Source: Achromobacter phage vB_AxyP_19-32_Axy10
Sequence record: MK962629.1
Length of the DNA: 24,000 bases
Reading direction: 5' to 3' (one strand)
In this document: positions 1 to 9,371 of the stretch, piece by piece
Layout of the letters: each line of letters opens with the position of its first letter
Numbering within the stretch: position 1 is the stretch's first letter
Position numbers and translations under genes: made by a program
The notes under the pieces: generated by a model
What the model saw: only the letters and a program-made list of their open reading frames with translations
The model's database searches: none
Told to the model about the DNA's origin: nothing

Positions 1-2
1 GC

Positions 3-482
3 GCTGAAGTACAGCACGAGATCGACAGCTACCAGTATCCACTGCCCATGGTCATCGAACCCAGGCATCTGGAGAACAACCGTCAATCGGGCTACCTCAT
101 CAGCCAAGGCAGTGTGATTCTGAAGAAGAATCACACCGAGGATGATGTATGCCTGGACCACCTGAATCGCATGAACAAGGTGGCTCTTACCATCAACTAC
201 GACACCGTGGGCATGATCCAGAACAAGTGGAAGAATCTGGACAAGGTGCAGGAAGGTGAAACCCGTGAGGACTTCGAGAAGCGCAAGCGTGCCTTCGACA
301 AGTACAACAAGACGGCCCATGAAGTCATGGCTGTCCTGACCCACATGGGCAACCGCTTCTACATCACCCACAAGTACGACAAGCGTGGCCGCACCTACGC
401 TCAGGGATATCACGTCAACTACCAGGGGACTCCCTGGAACAAGGCCGTGGTGGAGTTCGCTGATGCAGAGGTGATCCAGTGA
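3..482 (+). CDS. Single-subunit (T7-like) RNA polymerase, N-terminal/middle piece, 5' truncated by window edge; resembles the smaller subunit of N4 RNAPII
   Basis: Frame open from base 3; residues ...YPLPMVIEPRHLEN... and YDKRGRTYAQGYHVNYQGTPWNKAVVEF resemble the T7-family RNAP region upstream of motif A; stop TGA at 480-482. Confidence 0.8.
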   Translation, partial: AEVQHEIDSYQYPLPMVIEPRHLENNRQSGYLISQGSVILKKNHTEDDVCLDHLNRMNKVALTINYDTVGMIQNKWKNLDKVQEGETREDFEKRKRAFDKYNKTAHEVMAVLTHMGNRFYITHKYDKRGRTYAQGYHVNYQGTPWNKAVVEFADAEVIQ

Positions 483-757
483 CCACACACTGCACCTGCG
501 CTGTCTACCGGGGCTTGGCCTGCACCAAGTGCTATGGTCTGCATCACAACCGTGAAGCCATCACGGCCTGGGCCATCAACTGGCGTACCTGGAACCTCAA
601 GAAGAAACAGCAGGAAGAGGCAGGAGACAGCATCAGTGCTGCCATCTGCCGTAACCATGCTGCTGATGCATTCCGCACCATCAAGCGTCTGGGTAACTTC
701 CAGACCGATGATGCGGTTCTTCAATTCCTGAAAACCGAGGGCTATACCGATGAGTAA
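479..757 (+). CDS. Hypothetical protein between the two RNAP pieces
   Basis: 92 aa ORF, ATG overlaps preceding TGA; N-terminal Cys/His cluster (HCTCAVYRGLACTKC). Confidence 0.7.
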   Translation: MTTHCTCAVYRGLACTKCYGLHHNREAITAWAINWRTWNLKKKQQEEAGDSISAAICRNHAADAFRTIKRLGNFQTDDAVLQFLKTEGYTDE

Positions 758-968
758 TCCCAAGATCTATCAAGCTGAGAACTTCAGCCTTGCCACCATC
801 ACTCCGGAAGGCAGTGAGACGGAGAACGTGGCGATCATCATCGTCATGCCTGACGGCACGCAGTTCGGCTATGACCTGGGGGAGTTGAACTCCCACATCT
901 TGCAGTACCTCAGCACTGCCTTTGTGCAACTGCGACAACGTGTCGTGACCAACGAAACCATTCATTAA
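750..968 (+). CDS. Hypothetical protein
   Basis: 72 aa ORF, start overlaps end of preceding ORF. Confidence 0.65.
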   Translation: MSNPKIYQAENFSLATITPEGSETENVAIIIVMPDGTQFGYDLGELNSHILQYLSTAFVQLRQRVVTNETIH

Positions 969-990
969 CTGAACCGTCAAGGAGCCTACT

Positions 991-2193
991 ATGCAGACGT
1001 TCACTCCCATGCAATATCTTCAAATCGACATCGCCAACAACTTCGGTCTGGACAAGGAAGACTGGTTGGATCGAATCAAGTGGTTCGAGCAAAACGAGAA
1101 CCAGTTGGAAGCACTGGTGGAACAGGCCGATGAGCCTGCTCTGTACCATGCTGGTGTCATGGCCTACCGTAAGGCTGAACAGGGTCTGCCCATCGGCTAT
1201 CCGGTGGCTTTCGATGCTACGGCATCGGGCATGCAGATTCTGGCTTGCCTAACTGGTGACCGCAAGGCCGCTGAACTGTGCAACGTGGTGAACGCTGGCC
1301 GTCGTATGGACTCGTACACCAGCATCTACCACAAGATGCTGGACATACTGGGTGAAGGCGCCAAGATCAAGCGCAATGACGTGAAGCAGGCAGTGATGAC
1401 TGCCTTCTATGGTTCCGAGGCCATTCCTCGACAAGTGTTCGGTGAAGGCAGCATGCTGCTCCGCATCTTTGAACAAGTGATGAGCGAGGCTGCTCCGGGT
1501 GCCTGGGAACTGAACAAGTTCTTCCTGGACATCTGGAACCCTGACGCCACTGCGTATCACTGGGTGCTTCCGGACAACTTCCACGTCCATACCAAGGTCA
1601 TGGTGAAGGAAGCTGAAGTCGTTCACTTCCTGAACAAACCCTACGAGACGTTCCGAGAAGTGCAGGGAACCAAGGAGAAGGGACGTAGCCTCTCTGCCAA
1701 CAGCGTTCACAGCCTGGATGGCATGGTGGTTCGTGAGATCGTCCGTCGCTGCGACTATGACCAGACCCGTATCAACGAGGTACTGGCCGTGCTGCGTGGT
1801 CAGATGATCGAACTGCCCAACGAGGACCGCAACGTCGAAATGACGCTCACCCTCTGGAAGCACTACCTGGATACGGGCTACTTGTCTGCTCGCATCCTGG
1901 ACCACATCGACACGACCACGTTGATGCTGGTAGACCCCAATGTCATTTGGGATCTCATCGAGTCGCTGCCCCCGAAGCCCTTCAAAGTGCTGACGGTGCA
2001 TGACTGCTTCCGGGTGCTGCCCAACTACGTCACCGATCTGCGTAAGCAGTACAACAACCAGCTCTACCTGATCGCCAAGTCCAACATCCTCAGCTCCATC
2101 CTGAGCCAGATCATGGGCAAGAAGGTCAACATCGGTAAGCTGGATCCCAGCATGATCAACGAAATCCTCGAAGCGGACTACGCTTTGTCCTAA
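991..2193 (+). CDS. Single-subunit (T7-like) RNA polymerase, catalytic C-terminal piece; N4 RNAPII large-subunit-like
   Basis: Motif A-like VAFDATASGMQI, motif B-like KRNDVKQAVMTAFYGS (K...M...YG), motif C-like LTVHDCFRVLP. Confidence 0.9.
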   Translation: MQTFTPMQYLQIDIANNFGLDKEDWLDRIKWFEQNENQLEALVEQADEPALYHAGVMAYRKAEQGLPIGYPVAFDATASGMQILACLTGDRKAAELCNVVNAGRRMDSYTSIYHKMLDILGEGAKIKRNDVKQAVMTAFYGSEAIPRQVFGEGSMLLRIFEQVMSEAAPGAWELNKFFLDIWNPDATAYHWVLPDNFHVHTKVMVKEAEVVHFLNKPYETFREVQGTKEKGRSLSANSVHSLDGMVVREIVRRCDYDQTRINEVLAVLRGQMIELPNEDRNVEMTLTLWKHYLDTGYLSARILDHIDTTTLMLVDPNVIWDLIESLPPKPFKVLTVHDCFRVLPNYVTDLRKQYNNQLYLIAKSNILSSILSQIMGKKVNIGKLDPSMINEILEADYALS

Positions 2194-2198
2194 AATAC

Positions 2199-2235
2199 GG
2201 CCAACCTTCTGTCAAGAGGGTTGGCCAACTTTTTT
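2199..2235 (+). terminator. Rho-independent terminator after RNAP gene
   Basis: GGCCAACC (2199-2206) / GGTTGGCC (2219-2226) followed by AAC and six T. Confidence 0.85.
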
Positions 2236-2252
2236 AGAACAGGGATAGATCC

Positions 2253-3602
2253 ATGAACTACCGTGTCGTATATAACGCAGTACGAAAGCGGTTCATTGTG
2301 CTGCCGGAGGGTGAAGTCATTCGCTTCAGCCCCAGTCTACCGATGGTAGGCCAATTTGTTCACGACCATGATGATCGTGACAGTTCCAATGATGACATCT
2401 GGCACGGCATCAGCCATGTGATATGGCACCACGTTCGTGAGGTGGTCCAAAAGGCATGGGGTGACAACACCAACATGTCGGACTACACGATCATCATGAA
2501 CAGCATGATTGATCCACCTTGGGAGGACACTTTGCCTCCTGAAGTGATCGATCCGGAAACGGATATTCCCCAGGACCGTGATCCGGTCATTCCGGATATT
2601 GTGCGCAAGACTCCCGGCACCGGAATTCTGGTGGAGCAGTTTAATCCTGGGTCCAACAAGTCCGCTTACCTCGGTGTCGTCTTTCGGCACAACGGTAGCT
2701 CTCCCAAGCCGAAGGCTACCTATGACGGCGTGGAATTGGAAACGGTATATGCCACCTCATCCTTCATAGAACGGATAGGAATTGCCATGTTTAAGATAGA
2801 AAACATGGAAGCCGGAACCAAGGAACTGACTCTCAACTTTGGAGAAGGCCAAGAATACGGTCCCTTGGTGGGGCGGATTGACACCTTCCCCAGTCCGAAG
2901 CTGGATAGCAAACTCTTGGTCGCTAAGTTTGACGAACGAGTACGAGGCTCCAGTTTTGGTACGGGTTCCGCTATCGGTGGATACGTGAAGACCATGATTG
3001 GCGTGAACTCTGCTGTGGCACGGTTTGCCCCGAAACACTCCGGCCCTGCTGGTTGGGTAGAGGATGCAAGCCAAACCATCTACAGCCGTCGATTGGTGAC
3101 CATGGACAAGCTCAACATCAAAGCATCCGAAGGTGTCGTAACTTCCGTGCTGGCAGACAACACCATCGAGGTGGAAGTGTCTGAAGACCTGTCCTACCCA
3201 CAATTGGAACTGATTTTCAGGAACCCCAATGACCAGCCCAACGATACGGTAGCCATCCGTCTGGAAAAACTGGATTCGGCAAAAGCCGGTTTCAGCAATA
3301 TGTACATTTACTACGACCCCAGTGGTTACTGGTCTACGACTGATGGTCTCCTGGACGCATCCCGACCGTGGCTGGACCTTGTATGGCACAGCCCCAAGAA
3401 GTACAAGGCATCCCGCTATTTGCTGGGGCTGCGTCCGGGTAAGATGAAAATCACCCTGTGGGATCGGGTCAATGATCTGTATGCCATCTTTGGTACCAGC
3501 AATCGTCCGGCCCAAACAGGAGATATGCATTACTTCACTTTGAGCGAGCAATTGACGGACATAGCCACTATGGCCGCTGAATTCAAGGAACAGAACCTAT
3601 AA
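2253..3602 (+). CDS. Hypothetical protein; N-terminal module shared with the next ORF, possibly structural/decoration
   Basis: 449 aa; N-term MNYRVVYNAVRKRFIVLPEGE parallels MKYQVAYNASLKIVRVQADGD of the next ORF. Confidence 0.8.
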   Translation: MNYRVVYNAVRKRFIVLPEGEVIRFSPSLPMVGQFVHDHDDRDSSNDDIWHGISHVIWHHVREVVQKAWGDNTNMSDYTIIMNSMIDPPWEDTLPPEVIDPETDIPQDRDPVIPDIVRKTPGTGILVEQFNPGSNKSAYLGVVFRHNGSSPKPKATYDGVELETVYATSSFIERIGIAMFKIENMEAGTKELTLNFGEGQEYGPLVGRIDTFPSPKLDSKLLVAKFDERVRGSSFGTGSAIGGYVKTMIGVNSAVARFAPKHSGPAGWVEDASQTIYSRRLVTMDKLNIKASEGVVTSVLADNTIEVEVSEDLSYPQLELIFRNPNDQPNDTVAIRLEKLDSAKAGFSNMYIYYDPSGYWSTTDGLLDASRPWLDLVWHSPKKYKASRYLLGLRPGKMKITLWDRVNDLYAIFGTSNRPAQTGDMHYFTLSEQLTDIATMAAEFKEQNL

Positions 3603-3607
3603 TGGAG

Positions 3608-3626
3608 GAAGGGCTTCGGCCCTTTC
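3608..3626 (+). terminator. Probable intrinsic terminator
   Basis: AAGGGC TTCG GCCCTT followed by TCTCTTT. Confidence 0.6.
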
Positions 3627-3648
3627 TCTTTGATCAAAGGAAATCATC

Positions 3649-4641
3649 ATGAAATACCAAGTAGCGTATAACGCTTCGCTGAAAATCGTCCGCGTTCAAG
3701 CGGATGGCGACACTGCTGGCTCGGGATTCACCGTGCTGGACAAGTTCGATCACCCGGATAGCGACTCCCTGGGTCGTGCCGGTGTGGCTCACGCTCTGTA
3801 CTCCCACGTTCAAGACGTGATGTACCGCAAAGCGGGGATCCAGGACATGCAGCGTCTGTCCATCGAATGGCCTGCCTACGTGGCTCCGAACTTCATCTCG
3901 GCCGGTCCGACTTCCATCAGCACTCCGGCTGGTACCGAAGGTACTCTGGAGGTCTACTCGGATCCCCAGGTTCTGAGCAAGCCCAACTACTCCTTCATCT
4001 TCAATGGTTCGGAAGAAGTGCTGAAGATCAACAAGGTGACGGGCAAGTGGGCTGCTGTCGGTCCGGGCAAAGGTGTCATCCGTGTCACCCATGCTGACGG
4101 CCAAGTCTACGTCGATGTTCCCGTGAACGTCTCGCAAGCAGGCGTGATTCCCTCCACGGCTGTCGCTGTCGCTCCCAAGACGGCAACCGTGAACGTGAAC
4201 CAGACCACGACTCTGACCGCTACCAAGACCCCGGCCAACTCCACCGATGTGGTGGAATGGTCCTCGGACAAGGAAAACATCGCCACGGTCGTCGGCGGTG
4301 TGGTGACTGGCAAGGCTCCCGGCACTGCCACCATCACCGCTCGTACCGAGACGGGCAAGACCGATACCGCTGCCATCACGGTGACTCAGCCGGTTCAGGG
4401 TGTCACCCTGGCTCCGGTGAATCCCACCGTTGCTGCTGGTTCCACGGTTCAACTGACGGCGACTGTCACTCCGGCCAATGCCTCGAACAAGGCTGTCACC
4501 TACACTTCGGCCACTCCGGCTGTTGCCACGGTGAATGCCACGGGTCTGGTCACGGGTGTCGCTGCCGGTACTTCCGTCATCACGGTCAAGACGACCAACG
4601 GTGCGAAGACTGCCACGACCACGGTGACGGTAACGGAGTAA
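3649..4641 (+). CDS. Ig-like (BIG2-type) repeat protein, candidate outer capsid decoration protein
   Basis: Two tandem BIG2-like domains (VAVAPKTATVNVNQTTTLTATKTPANSTDVVEWSSDKENIATV..GVVTGKAPGTATITA; VTLAPVNPTVAAGSTVQLTATVTPANASNKAVTYTSATPAVATV..GLVTGVAAGTSVITV). Sits directly downstream of RNAPII genes, as the Ig-like decoration gene does in N4. Confidence 0.85.
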   Translation: MKYQVAYNASLKIVRVQADGDTAGSGFTVLDKFDHPDSDSLGRAGVAHALYSHVQDVMYRKAGIQDMQRLSIEWPAYVAPNFISAGPTSISTPAGTEGTLEVYSDPQVLSKPNYSFIFNGSEEVLKINKVTGKWAAVGPGKGVIRVTHADGQVYVDVPVNVSQAGVIPSTAVAVAPKTATVNVNQTTTLTATKTPANSTDVVEWSSDKENIATVVGGVVTGKAPGTATITARTETGKTDTAAITVTQPVQGVTLAPVNPTVAAGSTVQLTATVTPANASNKAVTYTSATPAVATVNATGLVTGVAAGTSVITVKTTNGAKTATTTVTVTE

Positions 4642-4682
4642 TTGGTTTTGTGGGGTTAGAAACCCAGTAAGACCATACTCAC

Positions 4683-4707
4683 AAGCCCCTCTTCGGAGGG
4701 GCTTTTT
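4683..4707 (+). terminator. Rho-independent terminator
   Basis: AAGCCCCTC TTCG GAGGGGCTT perfect 9-bp stem followed by T run. Confidence 0.95.
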
Positions 4708-4722
4708 GCATCTGGAGATCCG

Positions 4723-4935
4723 ATGATTCCTAACAGTCGTACTCAGGTCCACATCAATCGCTATGTGGAAGAAGTGGTGAAAGCCAATGGCAGTTGGGTC
4801 TATGTCTCCCGTGCCAAGCATTCCAAGAACGTTCAATCCTTCATCGTGGATCAGGTCAAGATGATCCTCGAATTGATGGGTCTCAAAATCGAAGTCGATC
4901 CCTACGCGAAATGTCGCATGCGGATCACGGCATAA
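4723..4935 (+). CDS. Hypothetical protein
   Basis: 70 aa ORF. Confidence 0.65.
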   Translation: MIPNSRTQVHINRYVEEVVKANGSWVYVSRAKHSKNVQSFIVDQVKMILELMGLKIEVDPYAKCRMRITA

Positions 4936-4946
4936 GGAGCCAAGCA

Positions 4947-5702
4947 ATGAAGCAAGTTTCCCTGCGTCTGAACTACTCCCGTCAGCGCCTCTACCGCAAC
5001 ATCCTGGTTGGTCTGGGCTTGGCTCAGGACAACGAACGCTACAGCGACAGCACCACTGTCATCATGAAGCCCGACCAGTTTGTGGACTTCGTGAGCCAAG
5101 CCCTCACGAGCAACAAGGCTGTCTTCAGCCTGCGATCCATGGACTTCCGTCTGCTGGACTCCAAGGAACTCCCTCCGGTCCAGGCGGACATGTTCGAGGG
5201 CGAGCCGGAACAACCCTCGGCTGAACGAAGTGAACAGGCCATCATGAATCTGCTGGAAGCCGTGTTCGGCGTCCCCGTCGTCAAGATCGATGTCGGCCAG
5301 CAGTGCGAATGCCCGGCCTGCACTCAAGGGATCACCCTGGAAGAAGCCCTGCGTGGCAGTCTGCGTGCTACCCAAATGGCACGTAACGAACCCAGCAAGC
5401 GTGAAACCGGGGCATCCACTGAAGCCAAGTACGATCAAGCCGTGATCGACGACATGCACGAAAAGGCTCTGGCCTGGAACAAGAAGGTCGATGACGCCAC
5501 CCGGCTGGCCTTCGATCATTTCTATGTCATGCGCAAGGGCGACGTGACCCTGTGGGAAGCATGGCGCTTCCTGGAAAAGAATGAAGGCCGTGTCATGTGG
5601 CCGGAATTCGTCCCGCATGTCATCTACAAGGACATGCCTCTCCGCAATGTGTGGGCCATGGCCCAACGCATGCGTAACCTCCTGCTGGAGAACATGCAGT
5701 AA
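4947..5702 (+). CDS. Hypothetical protein
   Basis: Track ORF 4794-5702; preferred ATG at 4947 preceded by AAGGAG and after the stop of the upstream ORF. Contains CECPAC. Confidence 0.75.
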   Translation: MKQVSLRLNYSRQRLYRNILVGLGLAQDNERYSDSTTVIMKPDQFVDFVSQALTSNKAVFSLRSMDFRLLDSKELPPVQADMFEGEPEQPSAERSEQAIMNLLEAVFGVPVVKIDVGQQCECPACTQGITLEEALRGSLRATQMARNEPSKRETGASTEAKYDQAVIDDMHEKALAWNKKVDDATRLAFDHFYVMRKGDVTLWEAWRFLEKNEGRVMWPEFVPHVIYKDMPLRNVWAMAQRMRNLLLENMQ

Positions 5703-6046
5703 TGAAGAAAGACCGCCGATCCGCCATCATCGACAAGATCGAAGCCCGTTGTGACATCGTAGATACGGGCTTCAAGATTGGGATGAAAGCGAGTCCATGC
5801 CATCTGTGGAATGGACCCACCTCGGGTAACGGCCGGGGTGGTGGATACGGCAGGATGAGTTTGGATGGCCACACTGTGGCTGTCCATCTCGTCGCCTTTA
5901 CCCATTACTTCGGCTACATCCCCGGCAATAAACAAGTCGATCACCTGTGCAACCAGAGACTCTGCTGCAACCCGCAGCATCTGGAGTTGGTGACTCATCT
6001 CAAGAACCAGAGGCGGCGTGCCGCCAGAGCCAAGGAGAAGGCATGA
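5702..6046 (+). CDS. HNH endonuclease (free-standing, homing-type)
   Basis: CHLWNG ... VDHLCNQRLCCNPQHLELVTHLKNQRRR HNH signature. Confidence 0.85.
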   Translation: MKKDRRSAIIDKIEARCDIVDTGFKIGMKASPCHLWNGPTSGNGRGGGYGRMSLDGHTVAVHLVAFTHYFGYIPGNKQVDHLCNQRLCCNPQHLELVTHLKNQRRRAARAKEKA

Positions 6047-6495
6047 AAAAGTGGCGAGTATTTCCCCTCCGCATCGGTGGCAAGTGGGCCATCTGCACGG
6101 ACAACGGTGAGGGCTACATCTTTCTGAAGGATGGCGACAAGTACGTTCGTTTCGTGTCCAAGTCTGCTGCTCAGGCTCGTGTGGACGAAGAGAATTCGTA
6201 CATGGCCCTGGAACAGAAACACCTGGGTGATGCTGACAAGAAGACGGGCATCTACAGTCCCGTTGCCAGCAAGGACCAAATTCTGGAATTCCTCCAGAAC
6301 GCATGTCGTGCCTATGGTGCATACGAAGTGACCAAGATGCTCTGTGAAGTAACCAAGGCTTCTTCTGAAGAGTTCCTGGCTCATGGCAACACCGGTGCCA
6401 TCATCCATGCTGATGCGAAGATCTTGCACACTGCCGTGCTGCACATGGCTATCTCGCATCCCTTGCGGGCAATGGATCTCAAGGGGTTGACGTGA
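6043..6495 (+). CDS. Hypothetical protein
   Basis: ATG 6043 overlapping upstream stop, AAGGAG SD; MKKWRVFPLRIGGKW... Confidence 0.7.
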   Translation: MKKWRVFPLRIGGKWAICTDNGEGYIFLKDGDKYVRFVSKSAAQARVDEENSYMALEQKHLGDADKKTGIYSPVASKDQILEFLQNACRAYGAYEVTKMLCEVTKASSEEFLAHGNTGAIIHADAKILHTAVLHMAISHPLRAMDLKGLT

Positions 6496-6851
6496 ACAAC
6501 AACATCATCCCTCGTGAGCAACACCCTTGGCGCGATGACACGGCCTATGCCAGAACTCCCCATGAGGAAGCTCTCTGGCAACGGGCTACTGAAAAGGGGC
6601 AGAACTTTCGCACCATCGATTGGGTCATCTCTGACACGCATTGCATGCTGCCCAAGGAAGATTTCGACCGCCTTTCCGAATACAGCGCCACCATGCCTAC
6701 GGGTGTGTGGCCTGGAAAAGTGTGGAAGGCCGAGGTTGGTGGTGTCTGGTACATCCGTTGGTACGGGATTGTTCCGGGGGATGATCGTGTCTGTTCCAAC
6801 AACCAACGAATCGCTGTTGTCAGCGATGCACTGGAGATCATCGGTATATGA
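6492..6851 (+). CDS. Hypothetical protein
   Basis: 119 aa ORF, 4-nt overlap with upstream gene. The 6514-6873 alternative frame is less plausible. Confidence 0.65.
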   Translation: MNNNIIPREQHPWRDDTAYARTPHEEALWQRATEKGQNFRTIDWVISDTHCMLPKEDFDRLSEYSATMPTGVWPGKVWKAEVGGVWYIRWYGIVPGDDRVCSNNQRIAVVSDALEIIGI

Positions 6852-7123
6852 AAGCTCTCGGACCTCGTTCTGAGATGAAGATGGTCAAGAATGCTTGGGG
6901 GAACCAAGCAGGCCAATGTCAGCAGCTTTTCCAAGTAGAGGCCGCTGATGTGGGAAAAGTCAAACCCCACTATCTCGGATTCAACCACCGTTCCTACATG
7001 TTCAAGAAGGAAGACATCGGTACGACGATAGTCGTCTACACCGATGGAACCCAATGGACTTGCTGGGTCTTTTCACTCAACTGGGATAACGAAGATGTCC
7101 AGAACCATGCTGGCACACAGTAA
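6848..7123 (+). CDS. Hypothetical protein
   Basis: 91 aa ORF, 4-nt overlap with upstream gene. Confidence 0.65.
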   Translation: MKALGPRSEMKMVKNAWGNQAGQCQQLFQVEAADVGKVKPHYLGFNHRSYMFKKEDIGTTIVVYTDGTQWTCWVFSLNWDNEDVQNHAGTQ

Positions 7124-7328
7124 TGGTGTTTTGGAGGTTGTCGAGCTTTTGAGCCGACACTCCGATCACATCAAAGTGCAGACCCTGCACACCAAGAAGG
7201 GAACCAAGGCACGCAAGATCTTCTTCAGCAATGAGAAGGTTCGTGAGGTCAAAGACACGAACGAAGGCGAAGCCTGGATCATCGAACAACGCCGTAAACA
7301 AGGGCTTCCCTGCCCCGGAGATGACTAA
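7107..7328 (+). CDS. Hypothetical small protein
   Basis: Track ORF 7044-7328; ATG at 7107 in frame; precise start uncertain. Confidence 0.5.
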   Translation: MLAHSNGVLEVVELLSRHSDHIKVQTLHTKKGTKARKIFFSNEKVREVKDTNEGEAWIIEQRRKQGLPCPGDD

Positions 7329-7508
7329 ATGAATTCCGCCGCTTTGCAGATTGAACTGCAACAAGAAATCAACAAGCTTGGTAAGCTGACCCGTTCCGGT
7401 GCCAAATCGGAAGAGGCTGTGCGCCAAGCCCAGAAGGTGAAGGAAGTAGCCACGTATCTGGCCAACGCCATCGCTGCTGAAGTCGTCCAGTACAACCAGG
7501 GACGGTAA
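7329..7508 (+). CDS. Hypothetical small protein (59 aa)
   Basis: Manual translation MNSAALQIELQQEINKLGKLTRSGAKSEEAVRQAQKVKEVATYLANAIAAEVVQYNQGR*; fills the gap between flanking ORFs; not in supplied track. Confidence 0.6.
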   Translation: MNSAALQIELQQEINKLGKLTRSGAKSEEAVRQAQKVKEVATYLANAIAAEVVQYNQGR

Positions 7509-7511
7509 GCC

Positions 7512-7730
7512 ATGTCTCGCACCTTTGAGAGCAATGACGCTCAACGGCTGTATCGTCAGATGCGAGAGAAGCTCAACTCCGATGATGCGATCAAGACTGT
7601 CGTGCTCATCACTGGCGAGCAACCCATCCCACCCAACAAGACCAACTCGATGTATTTCCTGGGAGGCTATCCTCCCGGAGATACGAAGCACGGTCTTCCC
7701 TATTACCACGGCCCCAAGCGCCGCTTCTAA
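7512..7730 (+). CDS. Hypothetical protein
   Basis: 72 aa ORF. Confidence 0.6.
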   Translation: MSRTFESNDAQRLYRQMREKLNSDDAIKTVVLITGEQPIPPNKTNSMYFLGGYPPGDTKHGLPYYHGPKRRF

Positions 7731-7742
7731 GAGAGTCCCCTC

Positions 7743-8783
7743 ATGTCGGATATTTCCTCCTTCACCGCCGCCAACCAGCGTCAAACGAAGAAGTTTGTCG
7801 AGCGTGCCATGGCTGCTGGCCGTGTTCCCTTCATCACCGCCTGCCCCGGCGTCGGCAAGTCTGCCATCATCCACAACATCGCCCGTGAGCGTGGCCTGAA
7901 GATGATCGACCATCGTCTGTCCACCTCGGCTCCGGAAGACCTCAACGGCCTGCCCCGTTTCACGGACAAGGGCGCTGAATTCGTTCCCTTCGCTGATCTG
8001 TTCCCGCTGGAAGGGGACGCCATTCCTCAGGGCTACAACGGCTGGCTGCTGTTCCTGGATGAGCTGCCTTCGGCTCCTCGTTCGGTGCAAGCTGCGGCCT
8101 ACAAGCTGATCCTGGATCGCATGGTCGGCCAGAAGCGCCTGCATGAAATGGTCTTCGTCGTCGCTGCGGGCAACCGCAAGCAGGACAAGGCCATCGTGAA
8201 CGACATCGGCACTGCCATGCAATCCCGGCTCATCCACATCGAGATGGATGCCGACTTCAAGTGCTGGCAGGAAGATGTGGCCATCCCCCAGCAGTTCGAT
8301 CCCCGTGTCGTCGCCTACCTGTCGATGAACCCCAGCAAGCTGATCGACTTCGATCCCGATCATCAGGATCGCACCTTCTGCTGCCCCCGTACCTGGGAAT
8401 TCGTCTCCGATCTGATCAAGGGCCGTCCGCTGGACAGCGACGACGCCATCCTGCTGGCAGGCGCCATCACCTCCGGCGAAGCCATCAGCTTCGTGCAGTT
8501 CTGCCACGTCTACGACTCGCTGCCCAACATGCAATCGTTGATCGACGATCCCGAGAATGCCATCATTCCTCGTGATCCGGCATCGCTCTGGGCCACGACC
8601 ATGGCCTGCGTCGAGCACACCACGGTCGAGAACTTCGGTGATTTCATGAAGTACATGAATCGCCTGGATCTGGTTCAGCGTGTGCTGTACTTCCGTGCCA
8701 CCTATGCCAAGCTGGGCGCTCCGCTCCGCAGCAGCCGTGGTTTCACCGAGGCCGCTATCGAACTGGGCCGCTACATCAGCTAA
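7743..8783 (+). CDS. MoxR-like AAA+ ATPase
   Basis: Walker A ACPGVGKSAIIHNIA, Walker B LLFLDELPSA, downstream sensor-like VVAAGNRKQDK. Confidence 0.9.
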   Translation: MSDISSFTAANQRQTKKFVERAMAAGRVPFITACPGVGKSAIIHNIARERGLKMIDHRLSTSAPEDLNGLPRFTDKGAEFVPFADLFPLEGDAIPQGYNGWLLFLDELPSAPRSVQAAAYKLILDRMVGQKRLHEMVFVVAAGNRKQDKAIVNDIGTAMQSRLIHIEMDADFKCWQEDVAIPQQFDPRVVAYLSMNPSKLIDFDPDHQDRTFCCPRTWEFVSDLIKGRPLDSDDAILLAGAITSGEAISFVQFCHVYDSLPNMQSLIDDPENAIIPRDPASLWATTMACVEHTTVENFGDFMKYMNRLDLVQRVLYFRATYAKLGAPLRSSRGFTEAAIELGRYIS

Positions 8784-8796
8784 TCAAGGAACAGCG

Positions 8797-8970
8797 ATGG
8801 AAGAACCGGTAAACAAGCGCCGCCCTGGTGCTGTGAAGTGGATGGCGGTCTATCTGGATCGCCATGCCATCGTCTGGGCAGTCTCCGAGGGTGAAGCCCT
8901 CCAGAAAGCCCACGAGCACTTCAAGCCCAAGAAAGCCAACAAGGGACTTGTCCACGTCAGCATGATCTGA
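8797..8970 (+). CDS. Hypothetical small protein
   Basis: ATG 8797 (MEEPVNKRRPGAVKW...), in frame with track ORF 8680-8970; starts after the AAA+ gene stop. Confidence 0.55.
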   Translation: MEEPVNKRRPGAVKWMAVYLDRHAIVWAVSEGEALQKAHEHFKPKKANKGLVHVSMI

Positions 8971-8984
8971 ACCAAGGGGGAACC

Positions 8985-9371
8985 ATGGAAGTCTGGTATC
9001 GCTATGAACAAGTTCTCCAATCCGGAGGACATTACGATCTGGACGGTGAATTCATTCCTGGTGTTCCCCGAGTGGGCTTAAACCTGATTGAGTACACCGT
9101 CATCAAGTACACCCCGAAAGGGGTGTGGCTGAACGTCCTGGGGCGGAAGCGCTTCGTGCTTCATCAAGGACGTAAGAAGTTCGCTCATGCGGATAAGAAA
9201 GATGCTGTCGAGAGCTTTGTTGCTCGCAAAGACAAGCAGATCCGCATCCTCAAATCCCAGCAGAACAATGCCATTACCGCAAGGAACATGGCAATTGAAA
9301 TGCTGGCCCAAATCGAAGAAGGAAAAGAACCATGTCCTCCACGCTACCGGATGGCATCCAAAGGGATCTAG
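8985..9371 (+). CDS. Hypothetical protein
   Basis: 128 aa ORF, overlaps next gene by 40 nt. Confidence 0.65.
   Translation: MEVWYRYEQVLQSGGHYDLDGEFIPGVPRVGLNLIEYTVIKYTPKGVWLNVLGRKRFVLHQGRKKFAHADKKDAVESFVARKDKQIRILKSQQNNAITARNMAIEMLAQIEEGKEPCPPRYRMASKGI

Noticed and set aside
7077-8618. 513-aa minus-strand ORF (with 17795-19462, 3634-4947, 9368-10552 and 20336-21598, all minus)
   Set aside because: Each mirrors a well-supported + strand gene and has no independent domain signature.
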